Program-made: the position numbers and the translations under genes
Shown here: piece by piece, positions 9,605-19,069 of the stretch
How positions within the stretch are numbered: the first letter of the stretch is position 1
Layout of the letters: each line of letters opens with the position of its first letter
Assembly (NCBI GenBank): GCA_965231145.1
Contig: OZ246420.1
Coordinates: 480,001 to 512,000 of the forward strand
From: Candidatus Saccharimonadota bacterium
GTDB lineage: Bacteria > Patescibacteriota > Gracilibacteria > Absconditabacterales > Absconditicoccaceae
DNA length: 32,000 bases
Direction of reading: 5' to 3'
Notes under the pieces: model-generated
What the model was told of the DNA's origin: nothing
What the model saw: the letters and a program-made list of their open reading frames with translations, nothing else
Database searches by the model: none

Positions 9605-10957
9605 ATGAATAAGTATCTGAAAATAATTGCCTCAGTGGGAATCTGTATGAGTATTCTTGTTTCTTCTGCCCAAGGATATATGTTTGGTTTTAAGTCGTGG
9701 GATAATACGCCGGAAAATATTGATTATATTGAAAAGACGTATGGTATTGATCTGCCAGTTGTAGGATTTATCTTTGATCCTTGGGATGATTGGGGAGAAG
9801 CTGCAATTATCCGTGGAGTCTGACTTTTAGGAAAGGATAGAGTATATCACATTACGATATCTCCGGGTATGATGACTGCGAAGCAGGTCGCCGCAGGCGA
9901 ATTTGATGAAGGATATAAAAAGTTTTTTATGCTCGTGAAGACGCTTGATATCAATGTTGTCTTTAGAACGATGCATGAGATGAACGGATGACGATATCCA
10001 TGGGGATCAGATCCAGTAAATTTTCAGAAAGCATGGAGACACGTATGGGAACTTTCAAGGCAGGTTGGGTTAACACAGAAAAACATCCTTTTCAATATGT
10101 CTGTCAATGGATGGGATATACCAACGAGAGAAGCAAGACCACATCAGAAAGCGTCTCTATTTTATTGTAAGGTGTCTGAGAAAAAACGCTTAAACTGTCC
10201 GACGTTTGAAGACTACTACCCTGGCGATGATTATGTAGATATTCTTGGTATGAGCTTCTATAACTGGTGAAAAGGAAATGGAAACTATCAGTGGCTCTAT
10301 CCGTATGATATTATTAACAATAGCCAATGGCGCACGCTCGATAGATTGAAAGCATATGGCAAACCTTTGTTTGTCGATGAAGTTGGAACGACGAGCGTCT
10401 GGTATGAAGGTCCCTACTCTTTAGCAAAATCGCAGGAGGTCTATAAGACAAATAGCGACTATAAAAATGATTGGCTGCTCTCATTGGAATCGTTTTTTCA
10501 AAATGAACCGATGATCGTATGAGGTATCTATTTCAATATTGATCTGACCAACGGTATGTCTCGCTGGATGCATGGTGAGCAGGACCGGTCGGTTATCGAT
10601 CCGATGTCTGAAAAAGTCTATGATGGTATCTTTAATGTCCTCGATGGAGCATCAGATAACAGATCGCTTACATCGCCGCTCTATGCGCTCTTTGGAAAAG
10701 AGTTTATGCAGCTCTTTGGAAAAAAGGTTCTTATAGAAAAAGCATATCGTCCTCAGATTCTGGATATTATAAAGATGGCAAATATTAACGCTAATACGCC
10801 ATACCATAAAGCGATCGGTGCGATCAATGCGCAGGAAGGAAATATACAGGCGAAAACATGATTGAAAAAATTTGAAAAAAACGCTTATATGAAAGCGCTT
10901 GTCTATGCTAGGAAATTTTTCTCTCCGGACCAAAAGTCATTAACTGCTCAGAACTAA
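9605..10957 (+). CDS. Secreted glycoside hydrolase, GH26-like (450 aa, 5 in-frame UGA)
   Basis: Signal peptide is MNKYLKIIASVGICMSILVSSAQG. FRTMHEMNG-G-RYPWG, GMSFYNW-G and FVDEVG resemble the GH26 mannanase-family catalytic region. Track ORFs 9605-9823 and 10556-10861 share the frame. The 3' end assumes read-through of TGA at 10859. Confidence 0.6.
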
Positions 10958-11555
10958 GAGCATGATATGTCTGAGCTATCTCGCCAAGGTCTTTATCGCT
11001 TTGCTCGTTGGTACAGATAATATATCCTGTTTCTCACGTACTATCATACAATGCAGTTCGTATACTTTCCCATGAAAGGTGCGAACTTTTTTTATTTACG
11101 ATAACTGGCGTTATCGAATCTACCTTTCGGTAGCTTCTCATAAAAGGAAGCTGTGCAACAAGAGGCTCTGCATGTTTTGTGAAAATTGTATTATCAATGA
11201 TGATATTTTCTAGCTTATTGTAGAGCTGCTTATTGACTTCATTTTCTCCAAAAAACGTATGCAGCGTATCGTAAGAGCATCATACTAAACTTGTATTGCC
11301 TTCTAGTTCTACAGGTATGAGTGCGATCATGTTCTTTGGCTTGATAGCTTGAAGCCAATATCTGTATCACGCAGCAAGTGTAAGTCATATGTCGAAATAA
11401 CTGCCCCATGGTACGATGATGCAGTGAGACATCTCTTCTTTCGTAAAGATATGCTCAAACTTATCAGCCATGAGGAAAAGCTGTAACGCAAGCTGATGGA
11501 GTACTTGCGGATGCTGGGGAAATAACTTTGTTTTCGGATAGAAGATGTTTTTCAT
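10908..11555 (-). CDS. Divergent MEMO1/AmmeMemoRadiSam-B-like (LigB-superfamily) protein (215 aa, 4 UGA)
   Basis: Invisible in the standard-code track. All 216 codons scanned without TAA or TAG. HAEPLVAQLPFM resembles the EHS-x-E-x-QLPF motif, but the canonical PHAGY is replaced by VPWGSY. Confidence 0.4.
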
Positions 11556-11671
11556 AGTTCAAATCTAGAGATTATTTCCCCTGTGGCAATGGCAAATGAT
11601 AAAAAGTACTTTATGCTTGACACTACCCCAGGTATAGATATATTTCCACTTCACCCAAACACAATTATACT

Positions 11672-12082
11672 ATGCAGAAATCCAACAATTCTGGAAGTGG
11701 AGCGATAACAACTCCTCTTGAACGTATTGAGCAGGCTATGAAAGCGCTCACATCAAACAACATAGCGATACATACGGTCTATGTGCTTGATAATATCGCA
11801 TTCCGTACGAGTTACCCAATGAAACTTGGCGGCGACAAGCATGCCCTGTTAAAGCAATCAAAACAGGCTGCTAAAGATAACAACTTAGAAGCTCGATTTG
11901 AGGGCGAGAAAGTTGTGGCAGGTTACATGCTTGAGGTAAAGCATAAGAACCAGTGCATATGTATTGTTTTAACGAGCTCTATCATGCGTGATAATTTCGT
12001 AAAGACAAATGGCTTTAGTCTCGTTGGCTCAAAAGACACAAAGCAGCAATTCAAAAAAGAAAAGAAGAAAGTGATTGCTTAA
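11672..12082 (+). CDS. Hypothetical protein (136 aa, no UGA)
   Basis: Clean ORF followed by an intrinsic terminator. No family recognised. Confidence 0.55.
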   Translation: MQKSNNSGSGAITTPLERIEQAMKALTSNNIAIHTVYVLDNIAFRTSYPMKLGGDKHALLKQSKQAAKDNNLEARFEGEKVVAGYMLEVKHKNQCICIVLTSSIMRDNFVKTNGFSLVGSKDTKQQFKKEKKKVIA

Positions 12083-12084
12083 TC

Positions 12085-12131
12085 AAACTCCCCCATGCGT
12101 ATTTGCATAGTGAATAGAGGGGGATTTTTTT
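12085..12131 (+). terminator. Intrinsic terminator
   Basis: TCCCCC (12089-12094) pairs with GGGGGA (12119-12124), followed by a T-run at 12125-12131. Confidence 0.6.
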
Positions 12132-12173
12132 ATTAAAAAAAATAACAGATAGGAAATGTCTTTTATCTGTTAT
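12131..12173 (-). terminator. Intrinsic terminator of the wHTH gene
   Basis: ATAACAGATA (12142-12151) pairs with TATCTGTTAT (12164-12173). On the minus strand a T-run follows (the plus-strand A-run at 12131-12140). Confidence 0.6.
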
Positions 12174-12187
12174 CTCTTATTGTGTAT

Positions 12188-12727
12188 TTATGTGAGCTCG
12201 TTCTTCGTTCTCATAAGATTGAGTACGAACTTGTCAGCAAGACGATAACGTCTCTGGAACTCCTCTATCGACATGAAGGAAATCTGTGCAGTTTCGATGA
12301 AGAAATTTCTAAAGATATTACTGATGTCATCTTTTACCACATCAAGTAAGCTCTTTTCACAATTCTTATAGATGATGACCATATCGATATCTATCGCATG
12401 ACCAAAGATTTTTCCAAGGTAATATGAGTCTATGATATATTCGTACTTCGCAAAAAGATCTTTAAGATCTTCTCCCAGGCAGTAGAGCAAAAGGCTTCTC
12501 ATATGCTCAGCAACAGAAGGGCGGATAATGATAGACCACTTGTTTCCTTCTTTATCAATATCGACGATATCACTTTCTTCCAGAGAATCTACTTGTTTCT
12601 TGATAGCAGGAAATGTCCATGGAATCTCATGCTCCAGGGCTCTGATAGATATACCTTGTCTCCTAAAAACAAGATATTTTAAAATATCAACTTTCGTCTT
12701 ACTTCCAAGAAATTTGTCCAGCTTCAT
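12188..12727 (-). CDS. Winged-helix DNA-binding domain fused to a minimal nucleotidyltransferase-like domain (179 aa, no UGA)
   Basis: The N-terminus is an ArsR/MarR-like wHTH (VDILKYLVFRRQGISIRALEHEI...IKKQVDSLEESDIV). It is followed by G-x-IFGHAIDIDMVII, a G..DxD minimal-NTase signature. Confidence 0.55.
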   Translation of the reverse strand: MKLDKFLGSKTKVDILKYLVFRRQGISIRALEHEIPWTFPAIKKQVDSLEESDIVDIDKEGNKWSIIIRPSVAEHMRSLLLYCLGEDLKDLFAKYEYIIDSYYLGKIFGHAIDIDMVIIYKNCEKSLLDVVKDDISNIFRNFFIETAQISFMSIEEFQRRYRLADKFVLNLMRTKNELT

Positions 12728-12837
12728 CCTCGTTTTACTTCAGGAAGAGATAAGTACTATATGCTGTATACTTACGAAATATTGCTTTGAATGCAAGGTG
12801 AGTTGCATTAGATGAGGAAATATTTACTCTGAGATTA

Positions 12838-13479
12838 ATGATGTTACGCGTCGCACACCTGATGTCATATATTGGCTTATTGCTCATGAAAATACTCCTG
12901 TGTGGAGCATTTCTTTTTTTGTTTATCAACACCGTTATCTTCTTTTCATATGAAAAGAAGATGGCCTATACACCAGATGCCTTGTCCACCAGTGGTGATG
13001 TGGTTATTATCTTGGGTTCCAGCGTCAAGTGAAATAAGCTGAGTCAGATCGTACAAGACAGAGCAGAGATGGCTATAGAAGTCTATGAACAAGAGAAAGC
13101 ATCAAAGATACTGATTAGTGGTGACGGAGATAGCGACGATCCTTATTACCATGAAGTGAAAACTATCTTAAAATATCTCCTCAATCGCAGTATACCAGCT
13201 GATGCCATTATACTCGATAACGCAGGTTACGATACCTATGATAGCCTTCGGCGTGCAAAGCATATTTTTTGATTTCAGCATGTGATCATCTCTACTCAGC
13301 GCTTTCATCTTCCAAGAGCACTTCTTATCGCCCAAGGGATAGGCTTACCAGCAGAGGGTATTATCGCAGATCGTACCATCTATCCAAGTGCGGCAAGAAA
13401 TTCACTCAGAGAGTCCTTTGCACGTATGAAAGCGATCTATGATATTATATTTCACAATACAGCTTCTCTTACTCAATAG
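12838..13479 (+). CDS. sanA: SanA/YdcF (DUF218) family envelope protein (213 aa, 2 UGA)
   Basis: Three track ORFs (12838, 13069, 13282) share one frame. There is an N-terminal TM segment, then VIILGSSVK-G, ILISGDG, ILDNAGYDTYDS and STQRFHLPRA. Confidence 0.75.
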
Positions 13480-13535
13480 ATACTGTCAACCGATACTGAT
13501 ACCAAAAAACTGTATCTGTATCTCGTATCTGTATC
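13479..13535. repeat. Modular GATAC/GTATC hairpin (bidirectional terminator candidate)
   Basis: GATAC at 13479, 13492 and 13498; loop CAAAAAACT; GTATC at 13512, 13518, 13525 and 13531. It lies between convergent sanA and glyA. Confidence 0.55.
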
Positions 13536-13552
13536 AACTATAGAATATATAT

Positions 13553-14962
13553 TTAATGTATAGGAAACTTTTTCGCAATCTTTTGCACTTCTGTTTTCAG
13601 CTTTTTTAGCATCGTCTTATCCTTTGGAGCAAGCAATGCTAATTCTATAATAGTTGCTATCTGCGTCATTTCTTTCTTACCCATTCCTCTCGTCGTAAGT
13701 GCTGGTGTACCAATCCTTATCCCGCTTGGATCCTTAGGAGATCTTTCGTCAAACGGAAGCATATTTTTATTCACAGTAATGCCTATAGACTCTAAGAGCT
13801 CTGCAGCAGATCATCCTGTAAGCCCTGTTTCTTCTGTTCACCAAAATGCTTTTGTTACATCGAGCAGGATGATATGATTTTCTGTTCCTCATCCGATGAC
13901 ATTCCAGCCGCGGTCATGAAGCTCAGCAGCAAGATGCTTCGCATTGTCTATGATGTTTTTTGCATAACGCTTAAATGCAGGCTGCATGGCTTCAGCAAAT
14001 GCAATAGCTTTCGCGGCGAGCATATGGATATGTGGACCTCATTGTATCCCAGGAAACACTCCTCTATTAATCAATTTTCATAAATCAATGTTCGAATGAG
14101 ATATTTTCTCCGAATTTCATTTAGAATTTAGAATTCAAAATTTAGAATTTTTGTAATAGATGAGCCCTCATCTTGGCCCACGTAATGTCTTATGCGTTGT
14201 CGTTGTGACGACATCGAAGAATTTCCATGGTCCCTCTATAACTCCTCCGGCTATAAGTCCTGAGATATGCGCGATATCTGCCATAAGAATAGGTCTGTAT
14301 CCGTGTTTTTTTTCTACTTTGTTGGCAATATCACCAAACTTCTTTCGGTCTATAGTTCATGAGTATGCCGAGAATCCAGCGATAATCATAGCCGGTTTGT
14401 GCTCAAGCGCTTTGAGCTCGATATCTTTATAGTCTATGCTATTGTCTTTTTGGACAATGCCATACGTTACCGAGTTGTATACAAGTCATGAGATGCTGAG
14501 CTTATGTCCGTGTGTGAGATGTCCGCCTGCAGCAAGGTCCATTCATAAAATAGTATCGCCTGGTTGGAGCAATCCTAAGAAAACAGCAGCATTTGCAGGA
14601 GAACCAGAAAGTGGCTGTACATTGACTCACCAGTCATTTTGTGTGAGAACTGCTTGCATCTTTTCCGTATAGTTTACCCCATTCAATTTTGGCTTTGCGA
14701 TTTGAGATGTGAGCTTTGAATTAATAAGCCCCATCATTTTCAGCGCTCTGTACTGACAGAGTGTTTCCAGCTTATCAACGTTCTCCTGTCATTGGTAATA
14801 ACGAGCAAGCGGATAGCCTTCGCTGTACTTATTGGTAAACACATTACTCATGGCTTTCAGCACATCTGCAGAAACATAGTTCTCTGAGGCGATCATCCCA
14901 AGCTCATCCTGCTGACGCTTTTTCTCTGTATTCAAAAGAAATTGTATTTCTTTGTCTATCAT
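13553..14962 (-). CDS. glyA: Serine hydroxymethyltransferase with two insertions (469 aa, ~13 in-frame UGA)
   Basis: The whole frame from 13553 to 14962 was scanned with no TAA or TAG. Motifs are [31 protein letters not shown] (TGA 14168-14170), FPGIQ-G-GPH (TGA 14039-14041) and [14 protein letters not shown]. Confidence 0.95.
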
Positions 14963-14987
14963 GCTTATTAACTTACTAACTAAAATA

Positions 14988-15040
14988 GCTGAAATCTTAA
15001 ATCCTAAAACTAAAAGCTGCTTTTAGATTTTTGCTTTCAG
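14988..15040. repeat. CTAAAA-word imperfect hairpin in a divergent promoter region
   Basis: GCTGAAA (14988-14994) pairs with TTTCAGC-like sequence (15034-15040). An inner CTAAAA/TTTTAG stem lies at 15010-15026. It sits between the glyA start (14962) and the + gene at 15172. Confidence 0.4.
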
Positions 15041-15171
15041 TTTTAAGTCATCTTTGTTTGTTTGAAAATAGTTTTATGTATCATAATAAAGCCTTATAAG
15101 AGTCTAAATATTATGGTTGCAATATGATTGTACTATAGCTAAAATCCTCTCATAAATCAAAACATAATGTT

Positions 15172-15600
15172 ATGCGAAAGACATTTATCGTACATAATCT
15201 CACTCAGGCAAAAAATGCAAGAAGATTTGCCATGTGTGATGATAACAATGAGTCCATAAAATCTGAAGAATCATGGGCTGTTACATGTAAAATTGTTGTT
15301 ATCAACGACAGTAACATTACGTTCACTATGTTCGTTGCTTTTGGAGGTAATTCATTTGTAGAGCTACAATTAGCTTCTAAGAAAAAACTAGTTTCTTTTC
15401 TTATGGACTTGGAGAACATGGAACAAGAGACCTTAGAGAATTACTTCAATGCAAATGTGCCAAAAGTTGCTCAATTCGAAGGTGTTGATGTACAGCAAAT
15501 GAGAACTGTTGATTGGGAAAATCTGATTTCACGATTGAGAAACATTCCTTTTAGTGAAATTTTCGATGCTGTTCCCACATTTATAATCTGCCTGCCTTAA
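15172..15600 (+). CDS. Hypothetical protein (142 aa, no UGA)
   Basis: Clean ORF with its own strong terminator. No family recognised. Confidence 0.55.
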   Translation: MRKTFIVHNLTQAKNARRFAMCDDNNESIKSEESWAVTCKIVVINDSNITFTMFVAFGGNSFVELQLASKKKLVSFLMDLENMEQETLENYFNANVPKVAQFEGVDVQQMRTVDWENLISRLRNIPFSEIFDAVPTFIICLP

Positions 15601-15618
15601 AACTATCTATGGTATTAT

Positions 15619-15642
15619 GCCCCTGCATCAGGGGCTTTTTTT
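15619..15642 (+). terminator. Intrinsic terminator
   Basis: GCCCCTG (15619-15625) pairs with CAGGGGC (15629-15635), followed by T7 at 15636-15642. Confidence 0.8.
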
Positions 15643-15687
15643 ATGTGAAAATGGCTTTTGTAAGCTGTTATCGTAGGCGTCCCTTTT

Positions 15688-15715
15688 TTGACAAACTGAT
15701 TCTTTTTCGTATAAT
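15688..15715 (+). promoter_or_regulatory. Near-consensus sigma70-type promoter
   Basis: TTGACA (15688-15693), a 16-nt spacer, then TATAAT (15710-15715). It lies upstream of the ORF at 15789. Confidence 0.55.
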
Positions 15716-15788
15716 TGTATATGTATGTCAGATAGTCATGTTTTATCTATGACGTATGACCCATTATTTTATAATTAATATATAAGTA

Positions 15789-16262
15789 ATGACTGATAAA
15801 CTTATCGCTATGCCTACCGATGATGAAATGTATACTGCATTTACGCATGCGTTGCAGGTAGCTGTTCCTGAAAATAAGAAAAACATTGTTCAGATGTTTG
15901 ATAAGTTCATCGAAAGAGCAAAAGAGCATTTGAATAAGGTCGTGCTTCTCACAACAGAAGGTCTCGCATGTAATCTTACTGAAGAAACAGGAAATCAGCT
16001 TCTCGAAGGATTTATTAAATCTCAATCGTTTCTTCTTAAGCTACCGCTTAGAGGGCTTCTTATGACCTATGGTGCAGATACATTTTCGCACTTCATTAAG
16101 TCGACTAACTCAGGAACGAATAATAAGGATGTTACTATCAACGGCCTTTATGGTATCATGGTAGAGTGCTTTCATCAGCTTGGGCAGAAGTACGCTATCT
16201 ACGATACGGATGAACAAATTAAAGCAAAAATAGTTGCTCTCTTCGCAGATAAGGCAGTTTAA
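15789..16262 (+). CDS. Hypothetical protein (157 aa, no UGA)
   Basis: Clean ORF downstream of a near-consensus promoter. No family recognised. Confidence 0.55.
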   Translation: MTDKLIAMPTDDEMYTAFTHALQVAVPENKKNIVQMFDKFIERAKEHLNKVVLLTTEGLACNLTEETGNQLLEGFIKSQSFLLKLPLRGLLMTYGADTFSHFIKSTNSGTNNKDVTINGLYGIMVECFHQLGQKYAIYDTDEQIKAKIVALFADKAV

Positions 16263-16282
16263 TTTATCTCTCAAATGTACTG

Positions 16283-16510
16283 ATGATCCGTCATATCAGA
16301 AAAATGTTTCGCCCATCTCCTGTCTCGCTCAATATTCGTTATTTCTTCATCGGACTTGCAATCGTAATGTTTTGGAGATGATGCTGGTGGCTTATGGATC
16401 ACTATTTTTTTCCGGGTTATCCATTGATCTCACACGTGTTATCTGTTGTGATCGCACTTGCTATCTTCTTTTCGAACAATGGTAAACTTGATGAACTAGG
16501 AAAATTGTAA
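16283..16510 (+). CDS. Small two-TM membrane protein (75 aa, 1 UGA)
   Basis: MIRHIRKMFRPSPVSLNIRYFFIGLAIVMFWR-G-CWWLMDHYFFPGYPLISHVLSVVIALAIFFSNNGKLDELGKL. The track ORF 16234-16485 is in another frame and looks non-protein-like. Confidence 0.45.
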
Positions 16511-16528
16511 TTTTACTCACATAATAGA

Positions 16529-16590
16529 GCAATTAGATTTTAGATTATAGTAGCTATATTTGCCATATCCAATATCTATAATCTAATTGC
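16529..16590. repeat. GCAATTAGAT-word hairpin repeat (second locus)
   Basis: GCAATTAGATTTTAGATTATAG (16529-16550) faces CTATAATCTAATTGC (16576-16590). The left arm carries a 7-nt TTAGATT duplication. The repeat lies between convergent genes. Confidence 0.6.
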
Positions 16591-16593
16591 CAT

Positions 16594-17301
16594 TTAGTAA
16601 GTATGTTTCTCTGTGAGCTTCAACGCTCACTTTTTTTTCAAAAAATAAGGCAATCTTGGAACCATGAAAAGTGTCCAGTGCCAGCGTGGAAGTGGGAAAA
16701 ATTTTCTTGCAATATTCCACAGGCCGCTTGTACAGTTGTTTCGTAGGAGTGCATATCTCTCATGCTTTGCATGTACTTTGTTTGTCTTTTTTGCAAGCGC
16801 TACAAATAACTCCTGAAGCTTTTCTACATCGAGATGGAGTGGATAACAAAATACTTTTTCTCATCTTATTTTTCTCAGTCACCCCATGTCATGCGGAGTC
16901 CCTCGGATATAGAGGTTGTAATATCACAGAAACGTTGCTTTAAGGAACTTATATTCATTGCCCTGATCAAGTTGTGCTTCTACAGAAAGCGCAATTTGCT
17001 TCTTGTTGGAAAAATGAAAAACAAGCATGGTGTGAGCGAGTAACTTATGCATGCCGAACGGAACGATAAGCATATCGACATGAGTTATCTTATTCGCATC
17101 AAACGTATCTGTTATCCAGTTTTGCTCCTGTGAATAATCTTCTTTCGTTCGAGAAAAATCTCTCAAGTTATGAAATGTATACTGAGTTCCTTCATGTGTC
17201 ACATGACAATATTTATTCTGACCTATTTTATGCATACTTACACATATACATAAGAGAGGTCGCCTTTTCAACGACACTTTATCAATTGTTATATGCTTCA
17301 A
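16594..17301 (-). CDS. DUF4105-like protein (235 aa, 4 UGA; TTG or CTG start uncertain)
   Basis: Track ORF 16924-17301 extends through TGA at 16924, 16879, 16861 and 16627 to TAA at 16594-16596. It contains HTMLVF and YALLRNNCTSGLWNI, an NC-T motif typical of DUF4105. Confidence 0.5.
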
Positions 17302-17698
17302 ACACAGGTCTTATATTTTCAATAATAGGAAACTTCTTGTATTCTTTTGGGTCTATTCGTTGATAGTCGTCGTGATCTTCGCTGAGAATAACAACATTAG
17401 TTTTTGCATGACAGAGAAAATATGTACCTATAACTTGTCGTTGTTCTCATCTTACTACTGGTCTTCGCTCTGCTACAAAAAATGGTTTTCCAATAGCTAT
17501 ATCAAGTCATGTTTCTTCTTTTACTTCTCTTATCAATGATTCATCAAATTTTTGTCCAGGCTCTACTCTTCCTCCCACTACATCATACTCTCCCTGATTG
17601 CTTCCATCAATATACTTTCCAGATTCTCTCAATATGAGTATCTTACCTTCATGTAAAATGAATGCTTTTGTCGCGACAAACAATCTTATCTCACTCAT
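17279..17698 (-). CDS. NUDIX hydrolase (139 aa, 3 UGA)
   Basis: Nudix box is GGRVEPGQKFDESLIREVKEET-G, with the final G encoded by TGA at 17507-17509. The frame was scanned to TAA at 17279-17281. It overlaps the start of the next gene by 23 nt. Confidence 0.85.
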
Positions 17699-17706
17699 TT
17701 GAGGGA

Positions 17707-18999
17707 TTAGAGAGCTAAAAGTTCTGATACTATGCTGTTATATACATCTAGACCTTCGTCTGTAAGAATAAGCTTATCGTCTTCGTATATAAGCAATCCT
17801 GCTTCTTCATATTGAGCAATAAGTTTTTCTCGATGTGCTACTAGCACATTTGCATATCATGACAATGAATCTACTCCTCTACTTGTTCTGAGAGCAAGAA
17901 AAAGCTGCTCAATCAGATATTCTTTTTCTGTAAGAATCGTAAGACTTTCCGGATCTATCTTTGACTCTTTGGTATATCAGAAAATACTTGTAGATTCAGT
18001 GAAGCGCACGCCTTTGCTATCTACTATTTTTGAATTATTGTTTACTATATGAGATGGAAGATTTGTAGCATATTCCCGTGTGAGAAAGCTCGCAGCAGAT
18101 GGTCAAAGACCTAAGTAGCTACCCATGGTTCGATAGATAGTATTATGGATAGATTGCTTACCAGGCTGTGCAAAATTTGAAAGTTCATATCTTCTGTATC
18201 ATGCATCGAGGATAGCTTCTTTGAGCCACTGAAATTCAGTGGAGATTTTCTCCTGATCAGTTTCAAATGGTACATGAGACAGATCGAGATGACTTATACC
18301 ATCTATCTCTTTGCGCTTTGTTTTTTCCCACTGAGAACCAGCAAAAAGCTCTAGTGTGTAGAGTGAGTAACTATCGACAAATCAGCTATGTGCGAGCGTT
18401 TCAAATCGTTCACGACGCTCTCTATCTCGAAATAAGTATTGTTCTCCATCTTTGGTCTTGAGCCGTGAGCCTTTGCCAAAAGCGATGAAGTCGAGATTGA
18501 AAACATTTGATCATTCTTTGACATTGCGAAGCTCACGAAGAAATTTTTGTATTCACACAAATGAATACTGCCTCGAAGAGGCATGTAAAACGCTGTCGTC
18601 AAATGACTGGATCCCAAAGCTATATCTAATGCGCGGAAAGTCTTTGTAGGTATGATTCAATGTTTTTACCAGATCGATGATCTCGTCGTAAGGGTTTGGA
18701 TTGAGCTCGATAGAAAGCTCTTCTAGGTATGTAAGATCGAAATATTCTTTGATAGTATCTATAATCTGTATCAGTATCTGTTTACCAAGAATGCCTGGAG
18801 TCCCCCCACCAAAATAGAGCGTCTTGAGCTCGGGTTTATTGTAGTGAGTCCCTCGCATTTTAATGTCACGAATAAGTCCTTCAACGTATCACTCTATAAG
18901 CTTTGCCTGAGGATCCATGCCTTCTTTTGGCACCACAAAAAAACTGCAGTAACCGCATTTTTTATCGCAAAATGGCACGTGGATATAGAGGCTTAACAT
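17707..18999 (-). CDS. hemW: Radical SAM HemW/HemN-like protein (430 aa, ~8 UGA)
   Basis: LYIHVPFCDKKCGYCSF (CxxxCxxC), YFGGGTP, ELNPNP and FGIQSF. The frame was followed codon by codon from 18999 to TAA at 17707-17709. Track ORFs 18889-19143 and 18553-18858 are in the same frame. Confidence 0.85.
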
Positions 19000-19043
19000 A
19001 AGTGTTATTGTAGGGAAAAGACAAACAAATGCTATGAAATAAT

Positions 19044-19069
19044 AAAAAAAGACGCATCTGTTATGCGTC
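19044..19069 (-). terminator. Intrinsic terminator overlapping the udk-like stop codon
   Basis: GACGCAT (19051-19057) pairs with ATGCGTC (19063-19069). On the minus strand T7 follows (the plus-strand A-run at 19044-19050). Confidence 0.6.

Noticed and set aside
11617-11645. TTGACA at 11617-11622 as the promoter for the 11672 ORF
   Set aside because: No acceptable -10 hexamer lies 16-18 nt downstream (ATATTT/TATTTC), so it is left unannotated.
14119-14149. Short tandem repeats (TTAGAATT x3 here, TAGCAATTAGATGT x2 at 5292-5319, CTTTATAAAC x3 at 25527-25563) as a possible CRISPR array
   Set aside because: The repeat units are only 8-14 nt, with no unique spacers of 25-40 nt and no cas genes. 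One array lies inside glyA.
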